DNA of 64,000 nt from an uncultured delta proteobacterium. Lineage in GTDB: Bacteria > Desulfobacterota > Desulfomonilia > UBA1062. The notes under the pieces were generated by a model that was given only the letters and a program-made list of their open reading frames with translations, did not search any database and had not been told where the DNA came from. Position numbers and translations under genes: made by a program. The stretch lies in assembly GCA_963798485.1 (NCBI GenBank), contig CAWCTR010000030.1, positions 178,758-242,757 of the forward strand. Direction: 5' to 3'. Within the stretch, counting starts at the first letter, position 1. Every line of letters begins with the position of its first letter. Positions 18,447 to 34,782 of the stretch are shown in pieces.

Positions 18447-19275
18447 TTATGTTGCTATTTTGAGGATACAATAGAGCACACACCCTACAGGGATGATGCC
18501 GTCCATCCGGTCCAGCATACCGCCATGGCCGGGGATAAGGTTTCCCATGTCTTTGATCTGGAACTCCCGTTTGAAGAGCGAGGCGGTGAGGTCTCCTGCC
18601 AGGTCAAGAACACCGATGCATGCCGACAGAAGAACCAGGAGCCACAAGGGGTAAACGCCCTGGAGGGGGTCGAGCTGATAGGCGATGACTACCTTATTAT
18701 ATAATACAAAGGTAACATAGCCCAACGCGATGCTCGAACATATGCCCCCGATAAAGCCCTCAAGGGTCTTTTTAGGACTGAGCCTGGGTGCGATTTTTCG
18801 GCTCCCCAAGTTCTTGCCCACATAGTATGCCCCGGTATCCGATCCGAAGACACCGACAAGACAATAGATCATCCAGAACCTACCGTCCGTACCTACCCTG
18901 AGAAGCACCCAGAAGCCGATCAGGGCCATGGGGTAGATCAGGCCGGTAATGGAATAGACAAGGTCTTTGGCCCCGGCCTTGTTTTTTTCAAAGAGGAAGA
19001 GTGAGGTGATCATCAGGATAACGCTCGTGATGCCGATGGTGAGGAAGCACCCGTCCGTATCGCCTCTGTTGGCAAGAATGAGGAAAGGTACCGATGCAGC
19101 CATGGATATAAAGGCAAGGGCCATGGCGGATGGGTCGATGGCTACCCGGAACAGCTCATACATGCACATGGGCACGACCAACAGGGCAATAAGCAGCAAT
19201 GCCCAGGCAGGGCCGAAGACGGCCGGGATTGCGAACAGAACAACCAGGATCAGTGCCCCCTATGATACGTTTCAT
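18447..19275 (-). CDS. cdsA: Phosphatidate cytidylyltransferase, apparent +1 frameshift at 19256-19260
   Basis: SDTGAYYVG, SPKKTLEG, GDL..S.FKR...IKD.G.LIPGHGG.LDR.D; ATG at 19275 abuts the uppS stop but is out of frame by one G. Confidence 0.9.
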
Positions 19276-19989
19276 CTATCTTGTGCCCTCCACCTGTTCA
19301 CCGGTCATACCGAAGCGCCTCTGCCGGGTATCGAACCAATGGATCGCCTCATCCAGGGCCTTTTCGTCGAAATCAGGCCAGAGGGTATCAGTGAAGTAGA
19401 TCTCGGTATAGGCCAGCTGCCACAACAGAAAGTTGCTCACCCGCCACTCCCCGCCTGTCCTTATGAGAAGGTCGGGGTCCGGCATAAAGGCCGTATCCAG
19501 TTGATCTGAAAAAATCCGTTCATTGATCTCTTCCGGGCCAATTCCTAGGTTCAAGAGTTTCTTTACTGTCCGGATGATCTCATCACGGCCCCCATAGTTC
19601 AATGCTATGGCCAGGTGCAGATCGGTATTATCCCTCGTCTCTTCAAGGGTCATCCTGATCTTGTCCTGGAGGCTCTCAGAAAATCGTGACATATCCCCAA
19701 TGATATGGATGCACACCCCGCTTGTCTTGAGACGAAGGACCTCCTCTTCGATGAACCGCTCCAGCAGCCTGAAAAGACCTTCGATCTCCTCTTTCGGCCT
19801 GCTCCAGTTTTCCGAGGAAAAGGCATAGAGGGTGAGGTATTTGATGGAACGGGCTTTGGCAGCCTCCACGATCCGCTTTGCCGCCCTGGCCCCCATGTCA
19901 TGGCCCTTCAGTCTTGGGAGAGACCTTTTTTGCGCCCACCTCCCATTGCCATCCATGATGATGGCAAGGTGGTTGATCTTATTCTGCAT
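19276..19989 (-). CDS. uppS: Undecaprenyl diphosphate synthase
   Basis: HLAIIMDGNGRWA, YAFSSENW.RP, LNYGGR, DLLIRTGGE.RVSNFLLWQ. Confidence 0.96.
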   Translation of the reverse strand: MQNKINHLAIIMDGNGRWAQKRSLPRLKGHDMGARAAKRIVEAAKARSIKYLTLYAFSSENWSRPKEEIEGLFRLLERFIEEEVLRLKTSGVCIHIIGDMSRFSESLQDKIRMTLEETRDNTDLHLAIALNYGGRDEIIRTVKKLLNLGIGPEEINERIFSDQLDTAFMPDPDLLIRTGGEWRVSNFLLWQLAYTEIYFTDTLWPDFDEKALDEAIHWFDTRQRRFGMTGEQVEGTR

Positions 19990-20041
19990 GGAAAAGCTTG
20001 TTAACACAGGGGGTATGGAGGGTCAACAATGGTTACATGGG

Positions 20042-20074
20042 TTCCCCTTAATAAGGAGGGAACAGGGAAGATTT
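20042..20074 (-). repeat. Divergent solo copy of the DUF559-flanking palindrome family
   Basis: Reverse complement AAATCTTCCCTGTTCCCTCCTTATTAAGGGGAA has the same AAATC-pyrimidine-hairpin architecture. Confidence 0.45.
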
Positions 20075-20092
20075 GCCCAAACGCATAGCATT

Positions 20093-20147
20093 GTAGGTTG
20101 GGTTGAGCCTGCGAAACCCAACAATACCAATTTCATCATGGTATCAT
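20093..20147 (+). repeat. GTAG-type REP plus half of a REPIN spacer
   Basis: GTAGGTTGGGTTGAGCCTGCGAAACCCAACAATACCAATTTCATCATGGTATCAT, homologous to the reverse complement of 52794-52848. Confidence 0.8.
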
Positions 20148-20305
20148 GTAAAAGGAATGACGTTCGGGGTGTTTTGCAATTGTCTCAACTTTGCAGCTCA
20201 ATTGCTCAATTGCTCAATTGCTTTTTTGTTATTTTGCCCCTTGACTTTTCCCTGACCATTGAGATACAGACTCCTGGTGCGTAAGCTATGGGTGCGCCAA
20301 GAAAG

Positions 20306-20381
20306 GCTGGAGTAGCTCAATCGGTAGAGCAGCTGATTTGTAATCAGCAGGTTGCGGGTTCGAGTCCCATCTCCAGCTCCA
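20306..20381 (+). tRNA. tRNA-Thr(TGT)
   Basis: Cloverleaf, anticodon loop TTTGTAA, CCA end. Confidence 0.95.
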
Positions 20382-20394
20382 GAAAGAGACACCG

Positions 20395-20479
20395 GGAGGG
20401 GTTCCCGAGCGGCCAAAGGGAACAGACTGTAAATCTGTCGGCGAAGCCTTCGGAGGTTCGAATCCTCCCCCCTCCACCA
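20395..20479 (+). tRNA. tRNA-Tyr(GTA)
   Basis: Cloverleaf with long variable arm, CTGTAAA loop, CCA. Confidence 0.95.
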
Positions 20480-20541
20480 TAAGTATGAGGGATTGCAGGA
20501 GACGTGAGTCTTTAAGACTGCACAATCCTAAAAAAGATGAT

Positions 20542-20618
20542 GCGGGAGTAGCTCAGTTGGCTAGAGCGTCAGCCTTCCAAGCTGAGGGTCGCGGGTTCGA
20601 ATCCCGTTTCCCGCTCCA
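20542..20618 (+). tRNA. tRNA-Gly(TCC)
   Basis: Cloverleaf, CTTCCAA loop, CCA. Confidence 0.95.
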
Positions 20619-20645
20619 TATCCCCTCTTAATTATGTGGAGACAT

Positions 20646-20723
20646 GCCCACGTAGCTCAGTAGGTAGAGCACTTCCTTGGTAAGGAAGAGGTTTCCCCGG
20701 TTCGATCCCGGGCGTGGGCTCCA
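20646..20723 (+). tRNA. tRNA-Thr(GGT)
   Basis: Cloverleaf, TTGGTAA loop, CCA. Confidence 0.93.
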
Positions 20724-20770
20724 CTTTAAGGGCTTGTGCGGAGAAAAAATATTACAAAAGGGGGAAGTAC

Positions 20771-21967
<1,197 letters not shown>

Positions 21968-21983
21968 ATTAAGGTAGACATCC

Positions 21984-22133
21984 ATGAGAGACATTATTAC
22001 TTTGGCATGTTCCGACTGCAAGAGGCGTAATTATATGTCCACGCGGAACAAGAAGAAAACCACGGACAAGTTGGAGGTGAAGAAGTACTGTTCTTCTTGC
22101 AGGGTTCACACGCTCCACAAAGAGACAAAGTAA
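21984..22133 (+). CDS. rpmG: 50S ribosomal protein L33 (Zn-ribbon type)
   Basis: Manually translated [49 protein letters not shown]. Confidence 0.95.
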   Translation: MRDIITLACSDCKRRNYMSTRNKKKTTDKLEVKKYCSSCRVHTLHKETK

Positions 22134-22143
22134 AAAATAATGC

Positions 22144-22219
22144 AGGCCAGTAGCTCTAATGGCAGAGCGCCGGACTCCAAATCCGGATGCTGGGGGTTCG
22201 AGTCCCTCCTGGCCTGCCA
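22144..22219 (+). tRNA. tRNA-Trp(CCA)
   Basis: Cloverleaf, CTCCAAA loop, position between rpmG and secE. Confidence 0.95.
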
Positions 22220-22239
22220 ATCGAGTTGGTAAGGAAGGT

Positions 22240-22452
22240 ATGGAAGACGAAAAATTAGCGGTTATCCTGACGATCAAACAGTTCTTCAGGGAGATCAAGG
22301 CCGAATTGAAGAAGGTTACCTGGTCCGGCAGGAAACAGGTCATGAGCGGGACAATTGCCGTGATTATCTTGAGTATAATCATAGCGGTGTTCCTCTCGGT
22401 TATCGACGCAGGCCTGTCCCAGGTGGTCAAGCTCTTGTTGGGGCTCGGGTAA
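22240..22452 (+). CDS. secE: Preprotein translocase SecE
   Basis: FFREIKAELKKVTW plus a single TM segment. Confidence 0.93.
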   Translation: MEDEKLAVILTIKQFFREIKAELKKVTWSGRKQVMSGTIAVIILSIIIAVFLSVIDAGLSQVVKLLLGLG

Positions 22453-22457
22453 AGAAC

Positions 22458-23003
22458 ATGGACGAGCAGTTGGAACATAAGTGGTATGTGGTTCACACCC
22501 ACTCCAATTACGAGCACAAGGCGAAACTGTCCTTGGAGGAACGGATAAAGGCTTACAACTGCGAGGATTATTTCTCCGGTATCCTCGTCCCTTCCGAGCA
22601 GATCAAGAAGGCAACAGCTGCGGGCAAGAAGAAGACCTCGGCCAGGAAGTACTTCCCCGGGTATATTTTGGTCAGGATGGCCCTGACCGACAAGACCTGG
22701 CATGTGGTCATGAGTACGCCCAAGGTAACAGGCTTCGTCGGCGGGAGGATCACCCCGTCCACCATCCCGGATAGCGAGGTGGAGACGCTCCGATCCCAGC
22801 TCGAAGGAGGCATGGAGTCACAGTCCTTGCGGTGTGAATTTTCCGTAGGGGACCAGGTGATCGTCAATGAAGGACCGTTCCAGAACTTCAGCGGTGTCGT
22901 GGATGACTGCAAGCCCGACAAAGGCAAGGTACGCGTGCTTGTAAGCATATTCGGGCGTTCGACGCCCGTGGAGCTCAGCTTCGACCAGATAACCAAGAAA
23001 TAG
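22458..23003 (+). CDS. nusG: Transcription factor NusG
   Basis: WYVVHTHS, FPGYILV, KOW motif GPF.NF.G, IFGRSTPVEL. Confidence 0.96.
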   Translation: MDEQLEHKWYVVHTHSNYEHKAKLSLEERIKAYNCEDYFSGILVPSEQIKKATAAGKKKTSARKYFPGYILVRMALTDKTWHVVMSTPKVTGFVGGRITPSTIPDSEVETLRSQLEGGMESQSLRCEFSVGDQVIVNEGPFQNFSGVVDDCKPDKGKVRVLVSIFGRSTPVELSFDQITKK

Positions 23004-23021
23004 ACCTTTTAGAGGTAACAT

Positions 23022-23447
23022 ATGGCAAAGAAACTACTGGCAAAGATTAAGATTCATATACCCGCAGGCGAGGCAAAGCCGTCGCCTCCCGTCGGACCCG
23101 CTCTGGGTCAGCACGGGGTGAACATTATGGAGTTCTGCAAGGCATTCAATGCAGCCACGGACAAACAGCGCGGATACAAGATCCCTGTGGAGATCTCCGT
23201 TTTTGCAGATCGCTCGTTTACCTTTATCACCAAGAGCCCCCCGGCCTCCACACTGCTTATCAAGGCCGCAGGAATCGAGAAGGGATCATCGGTGCCCAAC
23301 AAGGACAAGGTGGGTAAGGTTACCAGAGACCAGCTGATCGAAATCGCGAAACAGAAGATGAAAGACCTCAATGCTGGGGATATGGACAATGCCGTCAACA
23401 TCATTGCCGGCACTGCCCGCAGCATGGGAATCGAGATTGTTGACTGA
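23022..23447 (+). CDS. rplK: 50S ribosomal protein L11
   Basis: [21 protein letters not shown]. Confidence 0.97.
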   Translation: MAKKLLAKIKIHIPAGEAKPSPPVGPALGQHGVNIMEFCKAFNAATDKQRGYKIPVEISVFADRSFTFITKSPPASTLLIKAAGIEKGSSVPNKDKVGKVTRDQLIEIAKQKMKDLNAGDMDNAVNIIAGTARSMGIEIVD

Positions 23448-23461
23448 AGGAGATGCACGCT

Positions 23462-24166
23462 ATGGCGAGGTGTGGCAAGAAATATGCTGAGGCGAGGAAC
23501 AAGGTAGACCCTCAGAAGAAATACGTACTGACTGACGCAGTTGCCCTGGTGATCGACAATGCCTTTGCCAAGTTCGACGAGAGTATTGATGTGGCATTAA
23601 GGCTCGGTGTCGATCCCCGGCATGCCGACCAGATGGTGAGAGGCTCCGTGGTCCTTCCGCATGGTACGGGCAAGACCACCCGTGTCCTTGTATTCGCCAA
23701 GGGCGAGAAGGAAAAAGAGGCCAAAGAGGCCGGGGCGGACCATGTAGGGGCCGAGGACATCGCCGAGAAGATCCAGGGCGGTTGGCTCGATTTCGACAAG
23801 GTCATCGCTACGCCCGACATGATGGGCACTGTCGGCAAGCTGGGCAAGGTCTTAGGACCTCGCGGCATGATGCCGAACCCCAAGCTGGGCACCGTCACCT
23901 TTGATGTGGCCAAGGCCGTGACCGACATGAAGGCCGGACGGGTGGATTTCCGGGTCGACAAGGTGGGCATCGTTCACTGTAGCGTCGGAAAGGTGTCCTT
24001 CGGTCTGGATAAGATCCTTGACAATCTGAAGGTCTTGCTTGAGATGATCATGAAGCTCAAACCCTCGGGTTCCAAGGGGACGTATGTCAAGGGCGTGGCC
24101 GTATCTTCCACCATGGGGCCGGGAGTGAGGATCGATCCGTCCGAGGTTTCGAGCTTTATTAAATAA
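23462..24166 (+). CDS. rplA: 50S ribosomal protein L1
   Basis: [25 protein letters not shown]. Confidence 0.97.
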   Translation: MARCGKKYAEARNKVDPQKKYVLTDAVALVIDNAFAKFDESIDVALRLGVDPRHADQMVRGSVVLPHGTGKTTRVLVFAKGEKEKEAKEAGADHVGAEDIAEKIQGGWLDFDKVIATPDMMGTVGKLGKVLGPRGMMPNPKLGTVTFDVAKAVTDMKAGRVDFRVDKVGIVHCSVGKVSFGLDKILDNLKVLLEMIMKLKPSGSKGTYVKGVAVSSTMGPGVRIDPSEVSSFIK

Positions 24167-24177
24167 AGTAAACAAGT

Positions 24178-24241
24178 CCTGGTCAAAGACAGCGGGGGCG
24201 CATAATAACTATGCGCTTAATATTCCCGCCGAGATCCGGGT
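24178..24241 (+). promoter_or_regulatory. L10 leader (autogenous control RNA)
   Basis: AAGACAGCGGG...TTAA..CCCGCCGAG pattern between rplA and rplJ. Confidence 0.7.
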
Positions 24242-24299
24242 ATCTCATAGGCACCCTTTGACAGGATTAATCTAAAAAAGAAAGGGGTGAGGTGTTTCA

Positions 24300-24824
24300 T
24301 TGAAAAGGGATGAAAAAGAACAGTTAGTGCAGGTCCTGCACGATGAGCTGGGTAAATCGCAGGCGGTCTTCGTAACCGATTATATGGGGCTGACCGTTGA
24401 AAGGATTACCAAGCTCAGGAGAGAGATTAAAGGCGTAGGTGGTTCCTATCAGGTCGTAAAGAATACCCTTCTCAGGAGGGCGACTGAAGGAACGCCTGCA
24501 AAGGGCATTGAGCGGTTTTTCGTTGGTCCCACGGCCATTGCCATTGCCAAGACCGATGCAGTGGCCGTTGCCAAGGCGCTGGTGAACTTCGCCAAGGACA
24601 ACGAAAAATTTGAGATCCAGGCGGGTATGCTGGGGAATCGAGCCATTACCGCCGCAGATATCCAGGAACTCTCAAAGATGCCGCCTAGGGAAGTGCTGCT
24701 GGCGAGGATGCTCGGCTCATTGAACGCCCCGGTTTCAAACTTTGTGGGCGTACTGTCGGCCATCGTCTCCCAGTTGGTTTATGTGCTCAAAGCAATTGAA
24801 AACAAAAAGAGTCAAGGAGAGTAG
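24300..24824 (+). CDS. rplJ: 50S ribosomal protein L10
   Basis: DY.GLTV, VVKNTLL; synteny. Confidence 0.96.
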   Translation: MKRDEKEQLVQVLHDELGKSQAVFVTDYMGLTVERITKLRREIKGVGGSYQVVKNTLLRRATEGTPAKGIERFFVGPTAIAIAKTDAVAVAKALVNFAKDNEKFEIQAGMLGNRAITAADIQELSKMPPREVLLARMLGSLNAPVSNFVGVLSAIVSQLVYVLKAIENKKSQGE

Positions 24825-24826
24825 AA

Positions 24827-25213
24827 ATGTCACAGATCACGCGTGAAGATGTTATAAAATTTATCGAGAGCATGACCGTTCTCGATTTGTCCGAGTTCGT
24901 CAAGGAGCTTGAAGAGAAATTCGGTGTCACGGCAGCCGCTCCCGTAGCGGCTATGGCAGCCATGCCGGGCGCAGCAGCCCCTGCAGAAGCAGCCGAAGAG
25001 AAGACCACCTTTGATGTGGTTCTCAAGGATGTGGGTCCGCAGAAGATCCAGGTGATCAAGGTTGTGCGCGCTCTCACCGACCTGGGCCTCAAAGAGGCCA
25101 AGGATGCGGTTGAGGGAGCGCCCAAGACACTGAAGGAGGGTATATCCAAAGAAGACGCCGAAGACGCCAAGAAGAAGCTTGAGGAAGTAGGCGCCGTCGT
25201 CGAGATTAAGTAG
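24827..25213 (+). CDS. rplL: 50S ribosomal protein L7/L12
   Basis: [26 protein letters not shown]. Confidence 0.97.
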   Translation: MSQITREDVIKFIESMTVLDLSEFVKELEEKFGVTAAAPVAAMAAMPGAAAPAEAAEEKTTFDVVLKDVGPQKIQVIKVVRALTDLGLKEAKDAVEGAPKTLKEGISKEDAEDAKKKLEEVGAVVEIK

Positions 25214-25241
25214 TTTAAGAAAAAATCGGACACCGAAAAGC

Positions 25242-25273
25242 AGGGGGGAAGGCGCCGCCTGTCCCCCTTTCTT
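25242..25273 (+). terminator. Hairpin (possible attenuator) between rplL and rpoB
   Basis: AGGGGGGAAGGCG..GCCTGTCCCCCTTTCTT. Confidence 0.4.
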
Positions 25274-25319
25274 ACCTAGTGTATGGATCACAACTCACTA
25301 AAAGAGGAAGACCCAAAAG

Positions 25320-28300
25320 ATGATAGAAAGCATCCTTTTAAATCCCCAGTTAAGGCGGAAAAACTTCGGAAAGAGACAGACCATCCTGGACATCCCCGAT
25401 CTGGTCGAACTCCCGAAGTCGTCCTATAGAGCATTTCTGCAAAAGGACATCCCGCCGGAAAAAAGGAAGAACGCAGGTCTTCAGCAGGTGTTCAAATCCG
25501 TATTCCCCATCAAGGATTTCAATGAGGACGCGTCCTTGGAATTCGTGGAATACCGGCTGGGTGAATCGAAGTATGACATGGATGAGTGCCTTCAGAAAGG
25601 CCTCACCTACGCCGCCCCGGTGAACCTGAAGGTACGTCTTGTCGTCTATGACCGCGATGAAGAGTCCGGCACACAGAGCATCAGGGACATCAAGGAGCAG
25701 GAGGTCTACTTCGGAGAGATCCCGCTTATGACCCCGAGCTCCACCTTTATCATTAACGGCACGGAGCGGGTCATTGTAAGCCAACTCCACCGCTCCCCGG
25801 GTATCTTTTTTGACAAGACCACGGCCCGGGCGGCTACAGGCGGAAGAGTCCTCTACTCGGCCAGGATCATCCCTGCACGCGGTTCCTGGCTCGATCTGGA
25901 CTTTGACGCCAAGAACATCCTCTATCTGAGGATCGACCGCCGCAGAAAGATGCCGGTCACCACGCTCATGAAGGCCATGGGGTTTAGTAACCAGGATGTC
26001 CTTGCCATATACTACCCAAAGGAACGCTACACCTTCGAGAAGAAAGCGGTCCACAAGCACATCGACATAGAGAACCTCCTGGGGCTGAAGGTTGACTTCG
26101 ATATTAAGCTCAAGGGTTCCGATGAGGCGGTGGTCAAGGCGGGACGCAAGGTCACGGCCAAGATCGCGAGCAAGTACAGGGGCAAGATCTTCGAGCCCAT
26201 TATCATGGAAGAGAGCGAGCTCATCGGCAAGATCATAGCCGATGATATCGTTAACATGGAAACAGGCGAGATCATCGTGGACGCCAATGAAGAGATCACC
26301 GAAGAGCTGCTCGAAAAGATCCATGAACACGGCATCAAAGAATTCAAGGCCATCTATTTCGATGAGATGAACTACAGCAGTTCGCTCTCTAAGACACTGG
26401 CGCTGGACAAGGTAGACACGCCCGAAGAGGCGCTTATTGAAATATACCGCCGCCTGCGTCCCTCTAACCCGCCGACGCTGGAGATCGCGACCCATTTTTT
26501 TGACAACCTGTTCTTCAACGCCAGCTATTATGACCTCTCCCGCGTGGGCAGGATGAAGATCAACCAGAAGCTCTCTATCAGTGTGGAAGAGGCATCGCTT
26601 GATTTTACCGTGCTTCGCAAGGAGGACATCCTCTTCACTGTGAAGTACCTCCTGCAACTCAGAGACGGCATGCCCGGCAGGACCGTGGATGATATCGACC
26701 ATATGTCCAACCGCCGGGTACGCTCCGTAGGTGAGCTCCTTGAGAACCAGTACCGTATCGGCCTGGTTCGTATGGAGAGGGCCATTAAGGAGCGCATGAG
26801 CCTCCAGGACGTTGAGACCATGATGCCCAACAACCTTATCAACCCCAAGCCCGTCTCTGCCGTGATCCGCGAATTTTTCGGCTCAGGCCAGCTGAGCCAG
26901 TTCATGGACCAGACCAATCCGCTGTCCGCCATCACCCACAAGCGCAGGCTTTCGGCCTTGGGCCCCGGCGGTCTCACCAGGGAGCGGGCCGTATTCGAGG
27001 TGCGCGACGTGCATCCCTCACATTACGGCCGAGTATGTCCCATAGAGACCCCTGAAGGTCCGAACATCGGTCTCATTGTGTCCCTTTCCACCTACGGTCG
27101 CGTGAACGAGTTCGGGTTTATCGAGACCCCGTACTATATAGTAAAGAACGGGGTGGTCACCGACGAAATCCGCTACTTAAGCGCCATTGAAGAAGATGAG
27201 CAGGTCATCGTCCAGGCCACCGAGCCCTTGGATGACGATTCCAAGATCATTGCCGATCTGGTGCGTGTCCGGGTGCGTAACGGCCAGTACAGCATTGTCT
27301 CACGCTCCCAGGTCACCTATATGGATGTGGCGACGAACCAGCTCTTTAGCGTTTCTGCGAACCTTATCCCGTTTTTGGAGCACGATGATGCCAACAGGGC
27401 GCTCATGGGCTCCAACATGCAGCGCCAGGCAGTGCCGCTGCTCTTCTCCATGCCTCCTATGGTGGGAACAGGAATGGAACAGCTCGTGGCAAGGGACTCA
27501 GGCGTATGTGTGGTGGCCCACCGGCCGGGGACAGTGCAGGATGTGGACAGCCAGCGCATCGTTCTCAAGGCGGACTCCATGGGCAAGGATAGGGAAGACA
27601 CCGGCATCGACATCTACCGGCTCACCAAGTTCAAGCGCGCCAATCAGAACACGTCATTCAATCAGAAGCCTATCGTGCACAAGGGCCAGCACGTGGCCAG
27701 AAACGAGATCATCGCCGATGGGCCCGCTACCAAAAGCGGCGAACTGGCCTTGGGCAGGAACCTCATCGTGGCCTTTATGCCCTGGGGCGGCTATAACTAT
27801 GAAGACGCCATCCTCATAAGCGAGCGCGTGGTGAAAGAAGACTTCTACACCTCGGTGCATATCGAGGAATTCGAGGTCATGGCCCGTGACGTAAAGCTCG
27901 GCAGTGAAGAGATCACCCGCGACATCCCCAATGCCGGTGAAGAGGCACTCAAAGACCTCGACGACTCGGGCATCATCCGGATAGGAGCCGAGGTCAAACC
28001 CGGTTATATCCTTGTGGGCAAGGTCACCCCCAAGGGTGAGACCCAGCTCTCCCCCGAGGAGAAGCTGCTCCGCGCCATCTTCGGCGAGAAGGCAAGCGAG
28101 GTGAAGGACAGTTCTCTGCGCGTTCCGCCGGGCATCGAGGGCACCATCATCGACGCGCGCGTCTTCAACCGGCGCGGCCAGGAAAAGGATGAACGGACAC
28201 TCCAGATAGAGCATACCGAGATCGAGCAACTCAGAAAAGACCAGGAAGACGAGATGGCCATCATCATGGAAGGCGGCCGGACCAGGCTTGAAGACCTGCT

Positions 28301-29462
28301 TGTGGGCAAGAAGCTCTCAGGACCCATGCTCTCCCACCTGGGCGACACCATCATCGCCAAGAAGGGAAGCCATATCACCAAGGAAATGCTCGACCAGCTC
28401 AGGATCGACGACTTCAAGGACATCCGGGTCGCAAACAGCGAGGATATCGAGCAGGAGATCGAGAAGGTCATTTCGCGCATCGACCATCAGAAGAAGCTTA
28501 TTCTGGACTTCTATGACTCGAAGATCGAGAAACTCTCGGCGGGCGACGACCTGCCGCCCGGCGTCAACAAGATGGTAAAGGTCTATGTCGCCATCAAACG
28601 CAAGCTCTCGGTGGGTGACAAGATGGCGGGCCGCCACGGCAACAAGGGTGTCATCTCGCGCATACTGCCCGAGGAGGACATGCCCTTCTTTGCCGACGGA
28701 AGGCCGGTGGACATCGTGCTCAATCCGTTGGGCGTGCCTTCGCGCATGAATGTGGGCCAGATCCTGGAGACCCACCTCGGTTGGGCCATGCACGGCATCG
28801 GCGAACTCATAAATAAAATGGTGGAAGAAAAGTTCCCGGATGAAGAACTCAAGGCAATGCTCAAGAAGGTCTATGCCTCAAAGAAGATCAGCAGGATCAT
28901 TGAAAAGGCCTCCCGCGAGGATCTCATGGAGCTTGCCCACAAGATCAAGGAAAACGGGCTGACCGTTGCGGTCCCGGTGTTCGATAGCGCAACCGAGGCC
29001 GATATCGCGGGCGTGCTCAAGCTCTCCGGCGTCACCGATGGCGGTCGTGTCACCCTGTACGACGGCAGGTCCGGAGAGTCCTTTGACAGCAAGGTGACGG
29101 TAGGCATCATGTACATGCTCAAACTGCACCACCTGGTGGATGACAAGATCCATGCGCGGTCCATCGGCCCCTACTCGCTGGTCACCCAGCAGCCGCTGGG
29201 AGGCAAGGCGCAGTTCGGCGGTCAGCGCCTCGGAGAGATGGAGGTCTGGGCGATAGAGGCCTACGGGGCGGCGTATTCCCTGCAGGAATTCCTCACGGTC
29301 AAGTCCGACGACGTGGCCGGCAGGACCAGGATGTACGAATCCATCGTTAAGGGACAGCACGAGCTGGAACCCGGAATACCCGAGTCATTCAACGTTCTCA
29401 CCAGAGAACTCAAGAGCTTAGGTCTCGACATCTCGTTGATCGAGGGTCAGGGCCAACACTAA
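25320..29462 (+). CDS. rpoB: RNA polymerase beta subunit
   Basis: [34 protein letters not shown]. Confidence 0.98.
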   Translation: MIESILLNPQLRRKNFGKRQTILDIPDLVELPKSSYRAFLQKDIPPEKRKNAGLQQVFKSVFPIKDFNEDASLEFVEYRLGESKYDMDECLQKGLTYAAPVNLKVRLVVYDRDEESGTQSIRDIKEQEVYFGEIPLMTPSSTFIINGTERVIVSQLHRSPGIFFDKTTARAATGGRVLYSARIIPARGSWLDLDFDAKNILYLRIDRRRKMPVTTLMKAMGFSNQDVLAIYYPKERYTFEKKAVHKHIDIENLLGLKVDFDIKLKGSDEAVVKAGRKVTAKIASKYRGKIFEPIIMEESELIGKIIADDIVNMETGEIIVDANEEITEELLEKIHEHGIKEFKAIYFDEMNYSSSLSKTLALDKVDTPEEALIEIYRRLRPSNPPTLEIATHFFDNLFFNASYYDLSRVGRMKINQKLSISVEEASLDFTVLRKEDILFTVKYLLQLRDGMPGRTVDDIDHMSNRRVRSVGELLENQYRIGLVRMERAIKERMSLQDVETMMPNNLINPKPVSAVIREFFGSGQLSQFMDQTNPLSAITHKRRLSALGPGGLTRERAVFEVRDVHPSHYGRVCPIETPEGPNIGLIVSLSTYGRVNEFGFIETPYYIVKNGVVTDEIRYLSAIEEDEQVIVQATEPLDDDSKIIADLVRVRVRNGQYSIVSRSQVTYMDVATNQLFSVSANLIPFLEHDDANRALMGSNMQRQAVPLLFSMPPMVGTGMEQLVARDSGVCVVAHRPGTVQDVDSQRIVLKADSMGKDREDTGIDIYRLTKFKRANQNTSFNQKPIVHKGQHVARNEIIADGPATKSGELALGRNLIVAFMPWGGYNYEDAILISERVVKEDFYTSVHIEEFEVMARDVKLGSEEITRDIPNAGEEALKDLDDSGIIRIGAEVKPGYILVGKVTPKGETQLSPEEKLLRAIFGEKASEVKDSSLRVPPGIEGTIIDARVFNRRGQEKDERTLQIEHTEIEQLRKDQEDEMAIIMEGGRTRLEDLLVGKKLSGPMLSHLGDTIIAKKGSHITKEMLDQLRIDDFKDIRVANSEDIEQEIEKVISRIDHQKKLILDFYDSKIEKLSAGDDLPPGVNKMVKVYVAIKRKLSVGDKMAGRHGNKGVISRILPEEDMPFFADGRPVDIVLNPLGVPSRMNVGQILETHLGWAMHGIGELINKMVEEKFPDEELKAMLKKVYASKKISRIIEKASREDLMELAHKIKENGLTVAVPVFDSATEADIAGVLKLSGVTDGGRVTLYDGRSGESFDSKVTVGIMYMLKLHHLVDDKIHARSIGPYSLVTQQPLGGKAQFGGQRLGEMEVWAIEAYGAAYSLQEFLTVKSDDVAGRTRMYESIVKGQHELEPGIPESFNVLTRELKSLGLDISLIEGQGQH

Positions 29463-29474
29463 GGGGAGATAACA

Positions 29475-33806
<4,332 letters not shown>

Positions 33807-33915
33807 AAAGTCCTTGACAGAACAAGGCTCGGATTGTTAGAAGACTGCGGCTATCCGAGCACGGATTAAGAAAATTTTATTATTTTCTATTGATGAAATA
33901 AAAAGGATAAAAGCA

Positions 33916-34287
33916 ATGCCCACACTGAATCAGCTTGTGAGGAAAGGCAGAAAGACCATCGAGAAGCGGCAGAAGACGAGGGCCCTCCAGGCATGCCCCC
34001 AGAAGAGGGGCGTATGCGTGAGGGTGTACACCACGACCCCGAAGAAGCCCAACTCGGCCCTGAGGAAGGTTGCCCGTGTGCGCCTTACCAACGGCTATGA
34101 AGTGACCTCGTACATCCCGGGCGAGGGACATAACCTGCAGGAGCACTCGGTGGTGCTGATCAGGGGCGGTCGTGTCAAGGACCTTCCCGGTGTTCGCTAT
34201 CACATTGTCCGTGGCGTAATGGACTCCGAAGGCGTATCCGAACGCCGTAAGGGCCGGTCCAAATACGGCACGAAGAGACCGAAGTAG
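33916..34287 (+). CDS. rpsL: 30S ribosomal protein S12
   Basis: [22 protein letters not shown]. Confidence 0.98.
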   Translation: MPTLNQLVRKGRKTIEKRQKTRALQACPQKRGVCVRVYTTTPKKPNSALRKVARVRLTNGYEVTSYIPGEGHNLQEHSVVLIRGGRVKDLPGVRYHIVRGVMDSEGVSERRKGRSKYGTKRPK

Positions 34288-34297
34288 AGGAATCGCC

Positions 34298-34771
34298 ATG
34301 CCGAGGAAAAAAAGAGGAAGCCTTAAGAGAGACATCTCACCGGACCCAAAGTTCGGCGACCTGAATGTAGCAAAGTTCATCAACTGCCTCATGTGGGACG
34401 GCAAGAAGTCCGTGAGCGAGATAGTCTTCTACGAGACCCTGGAGATACTTGGAGCCAGGACCAAAGAAGACCCGCTGATGGTCTTTACCAAGGGCTTTGA
34501 CAATATAAAGCCCTCCCTTGAGGTCCGGTCCCGCAGGATAGGCGGCGCCACCTACCAGGTGCCGCAAGAGGTGAGGCCCGACAGGAGAGACATGCTGGCG
34601 CGCCGCTGGATCATCAACGCAGCCCGCGATCGTTCGGAGCACACCATGAGCGAACGCCTGGCCGCCGAGATCCTGGATGCGTACAACAACAGGGGAACAT
34701 CCATTAAAAAGAAAGAAGACACGCACAAGATGGCGGAGGCCAACAAGGCGTTTGCTCATTATCGCTGGTAA
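34298..34771 (+). CDS. rpsG: 30S ribosomal protein S7
   Basis: [26 protein letters not shown]. Confidence 0.98.
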   Translation: MPRKKRGSLKRDISPDPKFGDLNVAKFINCLMWDGKKSVSEIVFYETLEILGARTKEDPLMVFTKGFDNIKPSLEVRSRRIGGATYQVPQEVRPDRRDMLARRWIINAARDRSEHTMSERLAAEILDAYNNRGTSIKKKEDTHKMAEANKAFAHYRW

Positions 34772-34782
34772 GGATCATAACG

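Noticed and set aside
18331-18483. Upstream extension of the DUF559 ORF (213-aa call)
   Set aside because: It overlaps cdsA and reads through the palindrome; the family-typical start is MLPY at 18330.
20714-20770. ORF-track 5' extensions of tuf, secE (22159) and rpsH (44319)
   Set aside because: They overlap tRNA genes or rpsZ; true starts with an RBS lie downstream.
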